From Nitrospirota bacterium (GTDB lineage: Bacteria > Nitrospirota > JACRHL01): a DNA stretch of 64,000 nt. The stretch spans positions 64,161 to 128,160 of the forward strand of contig JACRHL010000011.1 of assembly GCA_016212085.1 (NCBI GenBank), written 5' to 3'. Below are positions 47,863 through 60,734 of the stretch, in pieces. Under the pieces are notes generated by a model that was given only the letters and a program-made list of their open reading frames with translations, did not search any database and was not told the origin of the DNA. Within the stretch, counting starts at the first letter, position 1, and every line of letters starts with the position of its first letter. Position numbers and translations under genes: made by a program.

Positions 47863-49023
47863 ATGAGCGGTCTTGCCGGGCGCCAGGCGCGGGTTGTGTG
47901 CCGGGTGATGATGCTTGGGGCCTTCCTGGCGACGTCCGGCTGTGGCGGAAAGAGCGGTGGCAACGCCGCCACCCCGCCGCCGGAGAACCACGTTTCCGTG
48001 GAGGTGATCACCGCCCGGCCGGCCCCCTTCACCGAGCATTACCAGATACCCGCCGTGGCGGAGCCGGTGCAGGCCTTCCACCTGGGGGTGGAGGTGGGGG
48101 GCACCCTGGCGGAGCTGGCGGTGGACGTGGGCGACCGGGTGAAGGCGGGGGACGTGCTGGCGCGCCTGGACGGCGAGCCCCTGGCCCTGGCGCGGGACTC
48201 GGCCCGGGCGGCCCTGGAGCGCGCCCAGGTGCGGGTGGCGCTGGCGCGGAAGGCTTACGCCCGGCAGCGCTCCCTGCGCGCGGAGGGCTCGGTGGCCGAG
48301 TCGGCTCTGGAGGATGCGGAGCTGGCCGTGCGCCTGGCGCTGGCGGACCGGCGCCTGGCCGGGATCGCCCTGGCGGAGGCGGAGCGCAACCTGCGCCTGG
48401 CCACCGTGGCCGCCCCGGCGGACGCGGAGGTGACGGCGCGCTTCGCCGAGCTGGGGGCGGTGCTGGCCCCCGGCGCGCCGCTGTTCAACCTGGCCCGCAC
48501 GGACCGGATCCGCCTGGTGGCGGGCCTGTCCGAGGCGGAGGTGGTGCACGTGGCCGAGGGAGCGGGGGCCAAGGTGCGTTTCGACGCCCTGCCGGAGCAG
48601 GTATTTGGTGGCAGTGTGGTGCGCGTGGGCTCCGTGGATGGGGCGGGCGGCGCCACCTTCCCGGTGGAGATCCGGGTGGACAATCCCGACGGCCGCATCC
48701 GCCCCGGCATGGTGGCCCGGATCTCCCTGCCGGGGCGCAAGGTGGCGAACGCCGTCCCGGTGCCGGCGGTGGCCCTGCGCCGCGACGGCGACACGGTGGT
48801 GGTGTTCACCGCCGTCGAGGGCGCGGCCCGGCCGCTGCCGGTGCGGGTGGCGGCGCTGGTGGACGAGACCGCCTGGATCGACCGGGGGCTGGCCGCCGGC
48901 ACCCCGGTGGTGGTGGTCGGCCAGAGCACCCTGAAGGGGGGCGACAAGGTGGCCGTGACCCGGATCGACGGCCGGGAGGCGGGCGCCGACCGCCAGGCCC
49001 CGGCGGTGTACGGCCTGCCGTAG
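47863..49023 (+). CDS. Efflux RND transporter periplasmic adaptor (membrane fusion protein) lipoprotein
   Basis: 386 aa with a lipobox LATSGC and HlyD-like coiled-coil and beta-barrel regions. A GGGAGG RBS precedes the start. Confidence 0.8.
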   Translation: MSGLAGRQARVVCRVMMLGAFLATSGCGGKSGGNAATPPPENHVSVEVITARPAPFTEHYQIPAVAEPVQAFHLGVEVGGTLAELAVDVGDRVKAGDVLARLDGEPLALARDSARAALERAQVRVALARKAYARQRSLRAEGSVAESALEDAELAVRLALADRRLAGIALAEAERNLRLATVAAPADAEVTARFAELGAVLAPGAPLFNLARTDRIRLVAGLSEAEVVHVAEGAGAKVRFDALPEQVFGGSVVRVGSVDGAGGATFPVEIRVDNPDGRIRPGMVARISLPGRKVANAVPVPAVALRRDGDTVVVFTAVEGAARPLPVRVAALVDETAWIDRGLAAGTPVVVVGQSTLKGGDKVAVTRIDGREAGADRQAPAVYGLP

Positions 49024-49120
49024 TGTCCCGTTCCGCAGATCACGTTGCGCGCGCGGCCCTGGCGGCCCCTGGCGGCGCTCCCTGCCACGGCCCCTGCCCG
49101 GCTCCCGGCGCCCCAAGGCC

Positions 49121-52100
49121 ATGAAGTCCGTCCTGTTCTCGGTCAGGAACCCGGTCTTCGTCAACCTGCTGATGCTGTTGACGGTTGTCGCCGGCGCCTA
49201 TTTCTACACCACCATGACCCGGGAGGTGTTCCCGGAGATCCCCCTCGACATCGTCGCCGTCTCCACCACCTACACGGGGATCTCGCCGGACCAGATCGAG
49301 AAGGAGATCACCATCCCCATCGAGGACGCGGTGCACGCCATCACCGGCGTCGACGAGGTGAACTCCCGCTCCCTGGAGGGGGTCTCCATGATCGAGCTGG
49401 CCCTGGAGCAGGACGCCGACATGGCCAAGGTGGCCCAGGACGTGCGCGGCGAGATCGAGCGCCTGGTGGACCTGCCGGCGGACGCGGACGACCCGCAGGT
49501 GGTCGAGATCGAGAGCCAGTTCCCGGTGATCAACGTCACCGTGCACGGCAACGTGCCGGAGGAGAGCCTGCGCGTCGTCGCCAAGGCGCTCAAGGACGCC
49601 ATCGAGGCCATCCGCGGCGTGGCGGCGGTGACCATGACCGGCTACCGCGACCAGGAGGTGTCGGTCACCCTCGACCCCCGCCGCCTGGTGGCGCTGGGCG
49701 TGGGGGCGGCCGAGGTGGCGGACGCGGTGGCGGCCCGCAACGTGGACCTGCCCGCCGGCGTCATCCGTGGCGACAAGAGCGAGTTCCTGGTGCGCACCGC
49801 CGGCGAGTACGAAGACCCCACGCGCCTGGCCGACGTGGTGGTGCGAGCCCGCCCCGACGGCCGCCACGTGCACCTGCGCGACGTGGGCGAGGTGACCGTG
49901 GCCTACAAGGAGGAGGAGGCGTTCGGCAAGATCGACGGCGAGCGCGCCATCTCCCTGGAGGTGTCCAAGAAGCGCAAGGGCGACACCATCGCCATCGTCT
50001 CCGAGATCAACGGGCTGGTGGAGGAGGCACGGCGGGGGGCGCCGGAGGGGCTGACCCTCACCACCACGCGCGACGGCTCCGTGTGGATCGAGTCGCGCCT
50101 GGAGACGCTCTACGCCAATGGCGCCGTCGGCTTCGTGCTGGTGTGCCTCACCCTGTTCGCGCTGCTCGACTGGCGCATGGCGTTCTGGGCGGCGGTGGGC
50201 ATCCCCACCTCGTTCCTGATGGCGTTCGTGTTCATGCACATGGCGGGCATGAGCATCAACATGCTGTCCCTGTTCGCGCTGATCGTGGTGCTGGGGTTGA
50301 TCGTGGATGACGCCATCATCATCACCGAGAACGTGTACCGCTACCTGCTCAAGGGCTACACGCCGCGCATGGCGGCGGTGGTCGGCGCCGCCGAGGTGAT
50401 GATGCCGGTGCTGGCCGCCACCACCACCACCATGGCCGCCTTCCTGCCCATGATGCTGATGACCGGCATCATGGGCAAGTTCATGAAGGTGATTCCCATC
50501 GTGGTGGTGTTCTGCCTGATCGCCACCATGATCGAGTCGCTGGTCATGCTGCCCAGCCACCTGGCGGAGTTCGGAAAGGGCCTCACGGCCGGCGTGCGCC
50601 GCGAGGGGCACCTGTTTCTCAAGCTGCGCCGGCGCTACGTGCACCTCATTTTCACCGTCCTGCGCCACCGTTACCTGACCGTGGCGCTGCTGGTGCTGGC
50701 GGCGGTGTTGAGCGTGGTGGTGATGCGCTATCACATGCAATTCGTGATGTTCAACACCAAGGACCTGCCGGGCTTCGCGGTGCTGGTGGAGACCCCGGAG
50801 GGCACCAGCCTCAAGGAGACCGAGCGGGTGCTGGCCCAGGTGGAGCGGGTGGGGGCCGGGCTGCCGGACACGGACCTGAACGCCATGGTGTCGCTGGTGG
50901 GCAGCCACTTCGACATCTCCACCGGCCGCAGCACCAACGGCAGCAACCTGGGGATGATCTACTTCGAGCTGGCGCACTTCGACGACCCCTTGCGCCGCAA
51001 CGGCTACGAGGTGCTGAACGACTTCCGCGCGCGCCTCACCGGCATCACCGGCTACGAGTCGCTGCGCGTCATCGAGACCCAGGGCGGTCCGCCCGTGGGC
51101 CGCGCGGTGGAGGTGAAGGTGCGTGGCGACGACGTGGCCGTGCTGCGCCGCATCGCCGGCGAGGTGGAGGCCTATCTGGGCACCGTTGCCGGCGTGTACG
51201 ACATCGCCAACGACGACGTGCTGGGCAAGCAGGAGCTGGCCGTGCGCGTGGACGAGGACCGTGCCGCCCTGTACGGCCTGAACGCCGGCGCCATCGCGCG
51301 GGTGGTGCGCATCGCCTTCGAGGGGGTGGAGGTGTCGGAGGTGCGCCGCGGCAACGATACCCTGGACGTGATCGTGCGCTACCAGGAACGCTACGCGGAG
51401 CGCCCGCAGGAGGTGCGCCAGTTGCGCGTGCTGTCGCCCAGCGCCGGCTGGGTGCCGTTGACCAGCGTGGCCGAGGTGCGCCTGGAGCAGGGCCCGGCCG
51501 CCGTGGTGCGCAAGGACCGCAAGCGCACCATCCTGGTGTCGTCGGCGGTGGACAAGGCGACCGTCACCTCCACCCAGGCCAACGCGCTGGTCAAGGCGCG
51601 CTTCGCCGACGTGCCGGCGCGCTACCCCGGCTACGAGCTGGTGTACGGCGGCGAGAACGAACAGCAGCTCGAATCGCTGGCCTCCCTGGCCCGCGCCAGC
51701 GCCCTGGCCGTGCTGCTCATCTACCTGATCCTGGGCACCCTGTTCCGCTCGTTCATCCAGCCCGTGGTCATCATGTCCACGGTGCCGTTCGCGTTCATCG
51801 GCGTGGTGGTGGGGCACCTAGTGATGATGCAGCCGCTGGGGCTGCTGTCGCTCATCGGCCTGGCCGGCCTGGTGGGGGTGGTGGTGAACGACTCGCTGGT
51901 GCTGGTGGCCTTCGTCAACGACTCCCGGCGCCGCGGCGCGTCGCGCTGGCTGAGCGTGGCCCGGGCGGCCAGGCACCGCCTGCGGCCCATCCTGCTCACC
52001 TCCATCACCACCATCCTGGGGCTGCTGCCCTTGTCGTTCCAGACCCGGGGCCAGGCGGCGTACCTGGCGCCCATGGCCATCTCCATCGTATGGGGCCTGC

Positions 52101-52252
52101 TGTTCGCCACCGTGCTCACCCTGGTGATGGTGCCGTGCGTCATGGGCATGCTGGACGACATCGGCAAAAAACTGGGCCTGAAAATCGGTCCGGCCGCCGA
52201 GGGCGAGACCCTGGAGCAGGAGTTGGCCCGTGCCGGGTATGACGCCCGTTAA
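49121..52252 (+). CDS. Efflux RND transporter permease (AcrB/CzcA superfamily)
   Basis: 1043 aa with the 12-TM RND architecture and two large periplasmic loops. Confidence 0.9.
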   Translation: MKSVLFSVRNPVFVNLLMLLTVVAGAYFYTTMTREVFPEIPLDIVAVSTTYTGISPDQIEKEITIPIEDAVHAITGVDEVNSRSLEGVSMIELALEQDADMAKVAQDVRGEIERLVDLPADADDPQVVEIESQFPVINVTVHGNVPEESLRVVAKALKDAIEAIRGVAAVTMTGYRDQEVSVTLDPRRLVALGVGAAEVADAVAARNVDLPAGVIRGDKSEFLVRTAGEYEDPTRLADVVVRARPDGRHVHLRDVGEVTVAYKEEEAFGKIDGERAISLEVSKKRKGDTIAIVSEINGLVEEARRGAPEGLTLTTTRDGSVWIESRLETLYANGAVGFVLVCLTLFALLDWRMAFWAAVGIPTSFLMAFVFMHMAGMSINMLSLFALIVVLGLIVDDAIIITENVYRYLLKGYTPRMAAVVGAAEVMMPVLAATTTTMAAFLPMMLMTGIMGKFMKVIPIVVVFCLIATMIESLVMLPSHLAEFGKGLTAGVRREGHLFLKLRRRYVHLIFTVLRHRYLTVALLVLAAVLSVVVMRYHMQFVMFNTKDLPGFAVLVETPEGTSLKETERVLAQVERVGAGLPDTDLNAMVSLVGSHFDISTGRSTNGSNLGMIYFELAHFDDPLRRNGYEVLNDFRARLTGITGYESLRVIETQGGPPVGRAVEVKVRGDDVAVLRRIAGEVEAYLGTVAGVYDIANDDVLGKQELAVRVDEDRAALYGLNAGAIARVVRIAFEGVEVSEVRRGNDTLDVIVRYQERYAERPQEVRQLRVLSPSAGWVPLTSVAEVRLEQGPAAVVRKDRKRTILVSSAVDKATVTSTQANALVKARFADVPARYPGYELVYGGENEQQLESLASLARASALAVLLIYLILGTLFRSFIQPVVIMSTVPFAFIGVVVGHLVMMQPLGLLSLIGLAGLVGVVVNDSLVLVAFVNDSRRRGASRWLSVARAARHRLRPILLTSITTILGLLPLSFQTRGQAAYLAPMAISIVWGLLFATVLTLVMVPCVMGMLDDIGKKLGLKIGPAAEGETLEQELARAGYDAR

Positions 52253-52258
52253 AAGCGG

Positions 52259-52287
52259 TTGACCAGGGGTTTCCACCCATTTAAAAT
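52259..52287 (+). promoter_or_regulatory. sigma70-type promoter for ccsA-ccsB(-icd)
   Basis: TTGACC-N17-TAAAAT lies about 120 nt upstream of the ccsA GTG. An AAGGAGAG RBS sits at the start. Confidence 0.5.
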
Positions 52288-52406
52288 TGTGGGTCCAAGG
52301 AATTTCGGTGCACCACTGCGCGTGCCGTCGGAGACGTGCGAACCGGCGCGCTGGGCGGACGGGCGGGGTGCGGACAACACCGCTGCATCTGGGTAAGGAG
52401 AGAAGT

Positions 52407-53714
52407 GTGAATCTCTACGAGCACGAGGCCGTCGCCACAATCTACAGGAAGTATGGGATCTCCCATCCCCGGTTCGTGGTGGCCACCGAGCCCAACGAGG
52501 AAGTGGCCGCCTTCGTGCGCGAGAATGGCGGTGCCGTGGTCAAGGCCATGGTGCTGGTGGGCAAGCGCGGCAAGGCCGGCGCCGTGAAGCTGGTCAAGAC
52601 CGAGGCCGAGGCCGCCAAGGCCGTCACCGACATCATGAACATGCTGGTGTGGGGCGAGAAGCCGGTGGCGGTGATGGTCTGCGAGAAGGCCGACATCCAG
52701 GCCGAGATGTACTGCGCCGTGACCTACTCCACCGAGACCCGCAGCCCGGTGATCACCCTCTCCATGGACGGCGGCATGGACGTGGAGGCGATCGACCCCT
52801 CCCGCATCATCAATTTCCCGGTGGACGCCAGGCCCGAGGTGGAGCCCTACCAGATCCGCGACATGCTGGTGGCGATCGGCTTCACCCGGAAGTATGGCGA
52901 GATCCTGCGCCAGGCCTCGCTCACCATCGCGAGCGTGTACAAGGCCTTCTGGGGTTCCGAGGCGCGCCTGCTCGAGATCAACCCCCTGGCGGTGGTGAAG
53001 GTCGCCAGGAAGGACAGGAAGACCGGTGAGATGGTCGAGACCCTCGAGCTGCGCGCCCTGGACGCGGTGGTCACCCTGGACGACGACGCCACCGTGGCCC
53101 CGCAGAAGATCTACGGCGAGCGCTCCGCCTACACCCGCGAGTCGACCCGGCGCGAGGTGGACGCCCTGCTCATCGACCGCGACGACCACCGCGGCAAGGC
53201 CGGCTCCTACGTGGAGCCCGAGGACATGAGCGGCGACATCGCCATGATGACCTTTGGCGGCGGCGGCTCCGCCGTGACCATCGAAACCTGCTACGACGCC
53301 GGCCTGCGCCCCGCCAACTTCACCGACATCGGCGGCAACCCGCCGGCGGAGAAGATGTACAAGATCTCCCGCATCATCCTCTCCAAGCCGGGCATCAAGG
53401 GGGTGCTGGTGTGTGGCGGCACCGCCTCCAACACCCGCATCGACGTGACCCTGGGCGAGGGCCTGGTGAACGCCATCGACGACCTGGCCAGGGAGGGCAA
53501 GCTCGACCGCGACCTGATCTGGGTGGTGCGCCGCGGCGGCCCCGAGGTGGAGAAGGGCCTGCGCCTGCTGGCCGAGTGCTTCCAGCGCAACGGCATCAAG
53601 GGCCGCATCTTCGATTCGGAGCTGCCCATCACCCAGGCGCCGCTGATCCTGCGCGACCTGCTGGTGGAGCACCGCGGCTATGTGTGTGGCGACACGGCCC
53701 AGGCCAGCGTCTGA
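52407..53714 (+). CDS. ccsA: Citryl-CoA synthetase large subunit (SucC/AclB-like ATP-grasp subunit), GTG start
   Basis: 435 aa, VNLYEHEAVATIYRKYGISHP...VVKAMVLVGKRGKAGAVKLV, with the succinyl-CoA synthetase beta fold. The adjacent SucD-like gene and a separate citryl-CoA lyase gene support the call. Confidence 0.65.
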   Translation: MNLYEHEAVATIYRKYGISHPRFVVATEPNEEVAAFVRENGGAVVKAMVLVGKRGKAGAVKLVKTEAEAAKAVTDIMNMLVWGEKPVAVMVCEKADIQAEMYCAVTYSTETRSPVITLSMDGGMDVEAIDPSRIINFPVDARPEVEPYQIRDMLVAIGFTRKYGEILRQASLTIASVYKAFWGSEARLLEINPLAVVKVARKDRKTGEMVETLELRALDAVVTLDDDATVAPQKIYGERSAYTRESTRREVDALLIDRDDHRGKAGSYVEPEDMSGDIAMMTFGGGGSAVTIETCYDAGLRPANFTDIGGNPPAEKMYKISRIILSKPGIKGVLVCGGTASNTRIDVTLGEGLVNAIDDLAREGKLDRDLIWVVRRGGPEVEKGLRLLAECFQRNGIKGRIFDSELPITQAPLILRDLLVEHRGYVCGDTAQASV

Positions 53715-53766
53715 CCCGGCAACGATTTCAACGACTGCTAGATATAGCGGACCGGAAGGAGAGCAA

Positions 53767-54732
53767 ATGGGACCTTCACTGCTGAATGAGAACACCCGCA
53801 TCATCGTGATCGGCGCCACCGGCCGCGAGGCCTCCCAGGTGGTGCGCGAGTCCGAGGACCTGTTCCCGGGCAGGATCGCGGCGGGCGTGACGCCGGGCAA
53901 GGGCGGCACCACCATCGAGCCCAACGTGCCTATCTTCAACACCATCAAGGAGGCCAAGGCCCAGGACCCCCGCATCAACCTGGCCCTGATCTACGTGCCC
54001 CCGTCATCGGTCAAGGACGCGGTGCTGGAGGCCATCGGCAACGGCCTGAAGACCGTGTTCGTCATCACCGAGCACACCCCCATCCGCGACGCGGCGGAGA
54101 TCTACCTGGCCGCCAAGAACGCCGGGGTGCGCGTGGTGGGCGGCACCAGCCTGGGCTGTTTCGTGCCGAACGTGGGCCGCATCGGCGCCATCGGCGGCAA
54201 GGACCCGTCGGGCGCCCTGGCCGCCGGCGGCGTGGTGGTGATCTCCAAGAGCGGCGGCCTCACCGTCACCACCGCCGAGATGCTCAAGCGCCGCGGCCAC
54301 GGGGTCTACTTCGCCGTGGGCATCGGCGGCGACATGATCGCCGGCACCACCTATGCGGACCTGATGGACGAGTTGCAGGCCGACCCCCACGTCACCGCCC
54401 TGTGCATGCTGGGCGAGGTGGGCGGCGCCTACGAGGAGCAGGCCGCCGAGGCGGTGGCCGCGGGCCGGTTCACCAAGCCGCTGGCGGCGTTCATCGGCGG
54501 CGAGTTCCAGGAGAACCAGGAGGGCGTGTCGTTCGGCCACGCCGGCGCCGTGGTGGAGCGTGGCAAGGGCAAGGCATCGGACAAGAAGACGGCCCTGGCC
54601 GCGGCCGGCCGCAACGTGCGGGTGGCCCGGTACTACCACAACCTGGTGGACTGCATCGAGGAGCTGGGGGTGAAGCCCAACCTGCCGGACGCGACCGGCC
54701 GGGTGGTGCAGCCCAAGTACGCGACGATCTAG
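53767..54732 (+). CDS. ccsB: Citryl-CoA synthetase small subunit (SucD-like CoA-binding/His-phosphorylation subunit)
   Basis: 321 aa, ...RIIVIGATGREA...GVTPGKGGTT...SKSGGLT...GHAGAVV. Confidence 0.65.
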   Translation: MGPSLLNENTRIIVIGATGREASQVVRESEDLFPGRIAAGVTPGKGGTTIEPNVPIFNTIKEAKAQDPRINLALIYVPPSSVKDAVLEAIGNGLKTVFVITEHTPIRDAAEIYLAAKNAGVRVVGGTSLGCFVPNVGRIGAIGGKDPSGALAAGGVVVISKSGGLTVTTAEMLKRRGHGVYFAVGIGGDMIAGTTYADLMDELQADPHVTALCMLGEVGGAYEEQAAEAVAAGRFTKPLAAFIGGEFQENQEGVSFGHAGAVVERGKGKASDKKTALAAAGRNVRVARYYHNLVDCIEELGVKPNLPDATGRVVQPKYATI

Positions 54733-54796
54733 GCGGATTCGACGGACAGGGGGCGGGGCCGGCATGGCGCCGGGCCCCGTCCGGAGCACGCGTTGA

Positions 54797-57103
<2,307 letters not shown>

Positions 57104-57109
57104 CAGGAT

Positions 57110-57141
57110 GTTGAAAAAGTCCATACGTGGCCTTTTTCAAC
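57110..57141 (+). other. AT-rich perfect 10-bp hairpin immediately after the icd stop
   Basis: GTTGAAAAAG-N12-CTTTTTCAAC. Confidence 0.4.
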
Positions 57142-57326
57142 CCGGAACCGGAACAACGTGGTTTTCCGGTTTCTGCGGATTCCAGGCGTTTACGCGCCGG
57201 ATGCAGGCGTGCCGAAACGCTCCGTTTTTCAGCAGCCTGCCAGGGCTGAACCGTGCGGCCCGGCTGGGTGCATTGATGACGTTCAGGGAGGGGGCCTCTC
57301 GGAACCCCGTGGGTTGATTCACCGGC

Positions 57327-57359
57327 AAAAAGGGGTGGCCAGCGGGCCGCCCCTTTTTG
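57327..57359 (+). terminator. Rho-independent terminator between icd and ccl
   Basis: GGGGTGGCC-agcg-GGCCGCCCC followed by TTTTT. Confidence 0.7.
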
Positions 57360-57383
57360 CGGGCGGGTGGCCGGGCCACCCGC
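57360..57383 (+). other. Second perfect hairpin abutting the ccl RBS
   Basis: GCGGGTGGC-CGG-GCCACCCGC lies about 10 nt before the RBS GGAGGAG. Confidence 0.4.
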
Positions 57384-57399
57384 ATCACTGGAGGAGAAC

Positions 57400-58200
57400 A
57401 TGTCCGACGTGCTTTGGAAGACGTCTGTCGCGGGCCAGATCGACGGCAAGACGGTGATCCGGGGATACCCGCTTTACGATCTGATCGGGAACATCACCTT
57501 CCCGGAGGCCATCTACCTGGCGCTCAAGGGCGAACTGCCATCGCAGCCGGAGGCCAGGATGATGAACGCCATGCTGACCGCGTGCATCGACCACGGCATC
57601 GCCCCGCCCTCGGTGGTGGCGGCGCGCACCGTGTTCTCCGGCGGCAACTCGCTCAACTCCGCCGTGGCGGCGGGCGCCCTCACCCTGGGTGACTTCCACG
57701 GCGGCGCCATCGAGCAGTGCATGAAGCTGTTCGAGGATCTGGTGGGAGACAGCACCAGCGACGTGACGCGCCTGGCCAAGGACCAAGTGGCCGCCATGCG
57801 CGCCGCCAAGCTCCGCTTTCCCGGCTTCGGCCACAAGCTGTACAAGCGCGACCCGCGCACCGTGCGCATGCTGGAGCTGGCCAAGGAATACGGCTTCGGC
57901 GGGCGCTACATCGACTTTGCCGTGGCCGTGCAGAACGCGCTGGAGGAGTCCATGGGCCGCGACATGCCGCTCAACGTGGACGGCGCCATCGCCGCCATCC
58001 TGTGCGACATGGGCTTCGACTGGAAGGTGGGCAAGGGCTTCTTCATCATCGCCCGCATCCCCGGCGTGGTGGCCCACATCGTCGAGGAGTGGTCGCGCGA
58101 GAAGCCGTTCCGCCGCCTTCCGGAAGGCTCGTACGAGTACGACGGCCCCGCCCTGCGCGCGGTCCCCGGCACCGTCGTGTCCGACGTTGCGTCGTCCTAA
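57400..58200 (+). CDS. ccl: Citryl-CoA lyase (small citrate-synthase-fold protein)
   Basis: 266 aa from MSDVLWKTSVAGQIDGKTVIRGYPLYDLIG with a citrate synthase-like C-terminal domain (...HGGA...GFGHKLYK.DPR). A GGAGGAG RBS precedes the start. Confidence 0.7.
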   Translation: MSDVLWKTSVAGQIDGKTVIRGYPLYDLIGNITFPEAIYLALKGELPSQPEARMMNAMLTACIDHGIAPPSVVAARTVFSGGNSLNSAVAAGALTLGDFHGGAIEQCMKLFEDLVGDSTSDVTRLAKDQVAAMRAAKLRFPGFGHKLYKRDPRTVRMLELAKEYGFGGRYIDFAVAVQNALEESMGRDMPLNVDGAIAAILCDMGFDWKVGKGFFIIARIPGVVAHIVEEWSREKPFRRLPEGSYEYDGPALRAVPGTVVSDVASS

Positions 58201-58228
58201 CAGTTAACACCCGGATCGGGAAACGACC

Positions 58229-60505
58229 ATGCTCATCGATATCAACGACGTGAAGCAGCTCTACGCGCGGCTCGACGCCGTGCACGCGGCGGCGCGCAAG
58301 CGCCTGGGCCGCCCCCTCACCATGGCCGAGAAGGTGCTGTTCTCGCACATGGACAACTTCGAGACCGGCCCCATCCAGCGCGGCAAGGACGACGTGTGGC
58401 TGCGCCCGGACCGGGTGGCCATGCAGGACGCCACGGCGCAGATGGCCATCCTCCAGTTCATGACCGCAGGGATGCCCAGGACCGCCGTGCCCAGCACCGT
58501 GCACTGCGACCACCTGATCACCGCCTACAAGGGCTCGGCCCAGGACCTGCTGGTGGCGGAGGACACCAACAAGGAGGTGTACGACTTCCTGCACGCCGCC
58601 TCCCAACGCTACGGCATGGGCTTCTGGAAGCCGGGCAGCGGCATCATCCACCAGGTGGTGCTGGAGAACTACGCCGTGCCGGGCATGATGATGATCGGCA
58701 CCGACTCGCACACCCCCAACGCCGGCGGCATGGGCATGATCGCCATCGGCGTGGGGGGCGCCGACGCGGTGGACGTGATGACCGGCCAGCCGTTCCTGAC
58801 CCGCATGCCCAAGCTGGTGGGCATCAAGCTCACCGGCAAGCTGTCGGGCTGGACCTCCCCCAAGGACGTGATCCTCAAGGTGGCCCAGATCATGACCGTG
58901 AAGGGCGGCACCGGCAAGATCGTCGAATACTTCGGCCCCGGCGCGGCGTCCATCTCCGCCTCGGGCAAGGGCACCATCACCAACATGGGCGCCGAGATCG
59001 GCGCCACCACCTCCATGTTCGGCTACGACGCCGCCATGGGCCGCTATCTGCGCGCCACCGAGCGCGCCGCCGTGGCGGACCTGGCGGACCGGTACGCCCG
59101 TTACCTCACCTCCGACCCGGAGGTGGAGGCCAACCCCGGCGCCTTCTACGACGAGCTTCACGAGATCAACCTGTCGGAGCTGGAGCCCCACGTGGTGGGC
59201 CCGCACACCCCGGACCTGGCCCGCCCCATCTCCGCCCTGGCGGCGGAAACGGACCGGGAGGGCTACCCGGAGCGGCTCACCGCCGCCCTGATCGGCTCCT
59301 GCACCAACTCCTCCTACGAGGACATGACCCGCGCGGCCAGCATCGCCAAGCAGGCGGCGGCCCACGGCATCAAGGCCAAGAGCAGCTTCATGATCAGCCC
59401 CGGTTCGGAGCGGGTGCACGAGACCATCATCCGCGACGGCATCATGGAGACCTTCAACAGCGTGGGCGGCATCGTGCTGTCCAACTCCTGCGGCCCGTGC
59501 ATCGGCCAGTGGAAGCGGGACGACGTCAAGAAGGGCGACGCCAACAGCATCATCACGTCGTTCAACCGCAACTTCAAGGCGCGCAACGACTCGAACCCCG
59601 AGACCCGCGGCTTCATCGCCAGCCCGGAGATCGTGGTGGCCATGGGCCTGGCCGGCTCCCTCAAGTTCAACCCGCTCACCGACACCCTCAAGGGGGCCGA
59701 CGGCGCCGAGTTCAAGCTCCGCCCGCCGGTGGGCGAGGAGCTGCCGTCCGGCGGCTTCATCAGCAAGGACGCGGGCTACGTGGCGCCGGTGGACGACGCC
59801 CCGGCGGTGCAGGTGTCGCCCAGCAGCGACCGCCTGGCGCTGCTGGAGCCGTTCCCCAAGCTGGACCCGGTGGCCGATTACAAGGACATGCCGGTGCTGG
59901 TGAAGGCCCTGGGCAAGTGCACCACCGACCACGTGTCCCCCGCCGGCCCGTGGCTGAAGTACCGGGGCCACCTGGACAACATCAGCAACAACATGTACAT
60001 CGGCGCCGTGAACGCCTTCACGCAGGAGGCGGGCAAGGGCGGCAACGTGCTCACCGGCCAGACCGGCCAGGACTACAACCAGGTGGCCCGCGACTACAAG
60101 GCCAGGGGCATCGGCTGGGTGGTCATCGCCGACGAGAACTACGGCGAGGGTTCGTCCCGCGAGCACGCCGCCATGGAGCCGCGCCACCTGAACGGCCGCG
60201 CCGTCATCGCCCGCAGCTTCGCCCGCATCGCCGAGGCGAACCTGAAGAAGCAGGGCATCCTGCCCCTGTGGTTCGCCAACGCGGCGGACTACGACAAGGT
60301 GCGCGAGGACGACCGCATCACCCTGGAAGGGCTGGCGGGCATCGCCCCCGACCAGCCGCTGACCATGGTGATCCGCCATGCGGACGGCCACACCGACCGG
60401 GTGGGCGTGACCCACACCCTGAACGACGAGCAGATCACCTGGTTCCGCGCGGGCTCCGCGCTGAACGCGATCCGCGAGGCGCAGGACAGGGCCGCCCGCG
60501 CCTGA
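58229..60505 (+). CDS. acn: Aconitate hydratase (about 760-aa mitochondrial-type aconitase)
   Basis: 758 aa containing ...VHCDHLI..., [22 protein letters not shown] and [11 protein letters not shown], the Fe-S ligand motifs of aconitase. Confidence 0.88.
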   Translation: MLIDINDVKQLYARLDAVHAAARKRLGRPLTMAEKVLFSHMDNFETGPIQRGKDDVWLRPDRVAMQDATAQMAILQFMTAGMPRTAVPSTVHCDHLITAYKGSAQDLLVAEDTNKEVYDFLHAASQRYGMGFWKPGSGIIHQVVLENYAVPGMMMIGTDSHTPNAGGMGMIAIGVGGADAVDVMTGQPFLTRMPKLVGIKLTGKLSGWTSPKDVILKVAQIMTVKGGTGKIVEYFGPGAASISASGKGTITNMGAEIGATTSMFGYDAAMGRYLRATERAAVADLADRYARYLTSDPEVEANPGAFYDELHEINLSELEPHVVGPHTPDLARPISALAAETDREGYPERLTAALIGSCTNSSYEDMTRAASIAKQAAAHGIKAKSSFMISPGSERVHETIIRDGIMETFNSVGGIVLSNSCGPCIGQWKRDDVKKGDANSIITSFNRNFKARNDSNPETRGFIASPEIVVAMGLAGSLKFNPLTDTLKGADGAEFKLRPPVGEELPSGGFISKDAGYVAPVDDAPAVQVSPSSDRLALLEPFPKLDPVADYKDMPVLVKALGKCTTDHVSPAGPWLKYRGHLDNISNNMYIGAVNAFTQEAGKGGNVLTGQTGQDYNQVARDYKARGIGWVVIADENYGEGSSREHAAMEPRHLNGRAVIARSFARIAEANLKKQGILPLWFANAADYDKVREDDRITLEGLAGIAPDQPLTMVIRHADGHTDRVGVTHTLNDEQITWFRAGSALNAIREAQDRAARA

Positions 60506-60506
60506 C

Positions 60507-60548
60507 GGATACCTCTAACCGTCGCGAGCGGCGTGAGTGCAAGGCCCC
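60507..60548. repeat. Copy C (reverse orientation) of the intergenic repeat motif, just downstream of acn
   Basis: The reverse-complement reads GGGGCCTTGCACTCACGCCGCTCGCGACGGTTAGAGGTATCC. Confidence 0.55.
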
Positions 60549-60583
60549 CTTCCCGCGGTCAAGGCGGGGAGGGGGTCTTTTGC
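60545..60583 (+). terminator. Probable rho-independent terminator after acn
   Basis: CCCCCTTCCCGC-ggtcaagg-GCGGGGAGGGGG followed by TCTTTTG. Confidence 0.55.
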
Positions 60584-60734
60584 GTTGGTTCGCCGGCGGA
60601 ATGCCCTTATGACGGCCGTCATAAGCGGCGGCGCCCGTGATTTTGGTAGAATGGCCGCACATCGCCCCATTCGCCACGGCCCGCGTTCCCCCAGGCCCCG
60701 ACCGGGGTGGGGCCGTTACATAGGTAGGCAGCCC

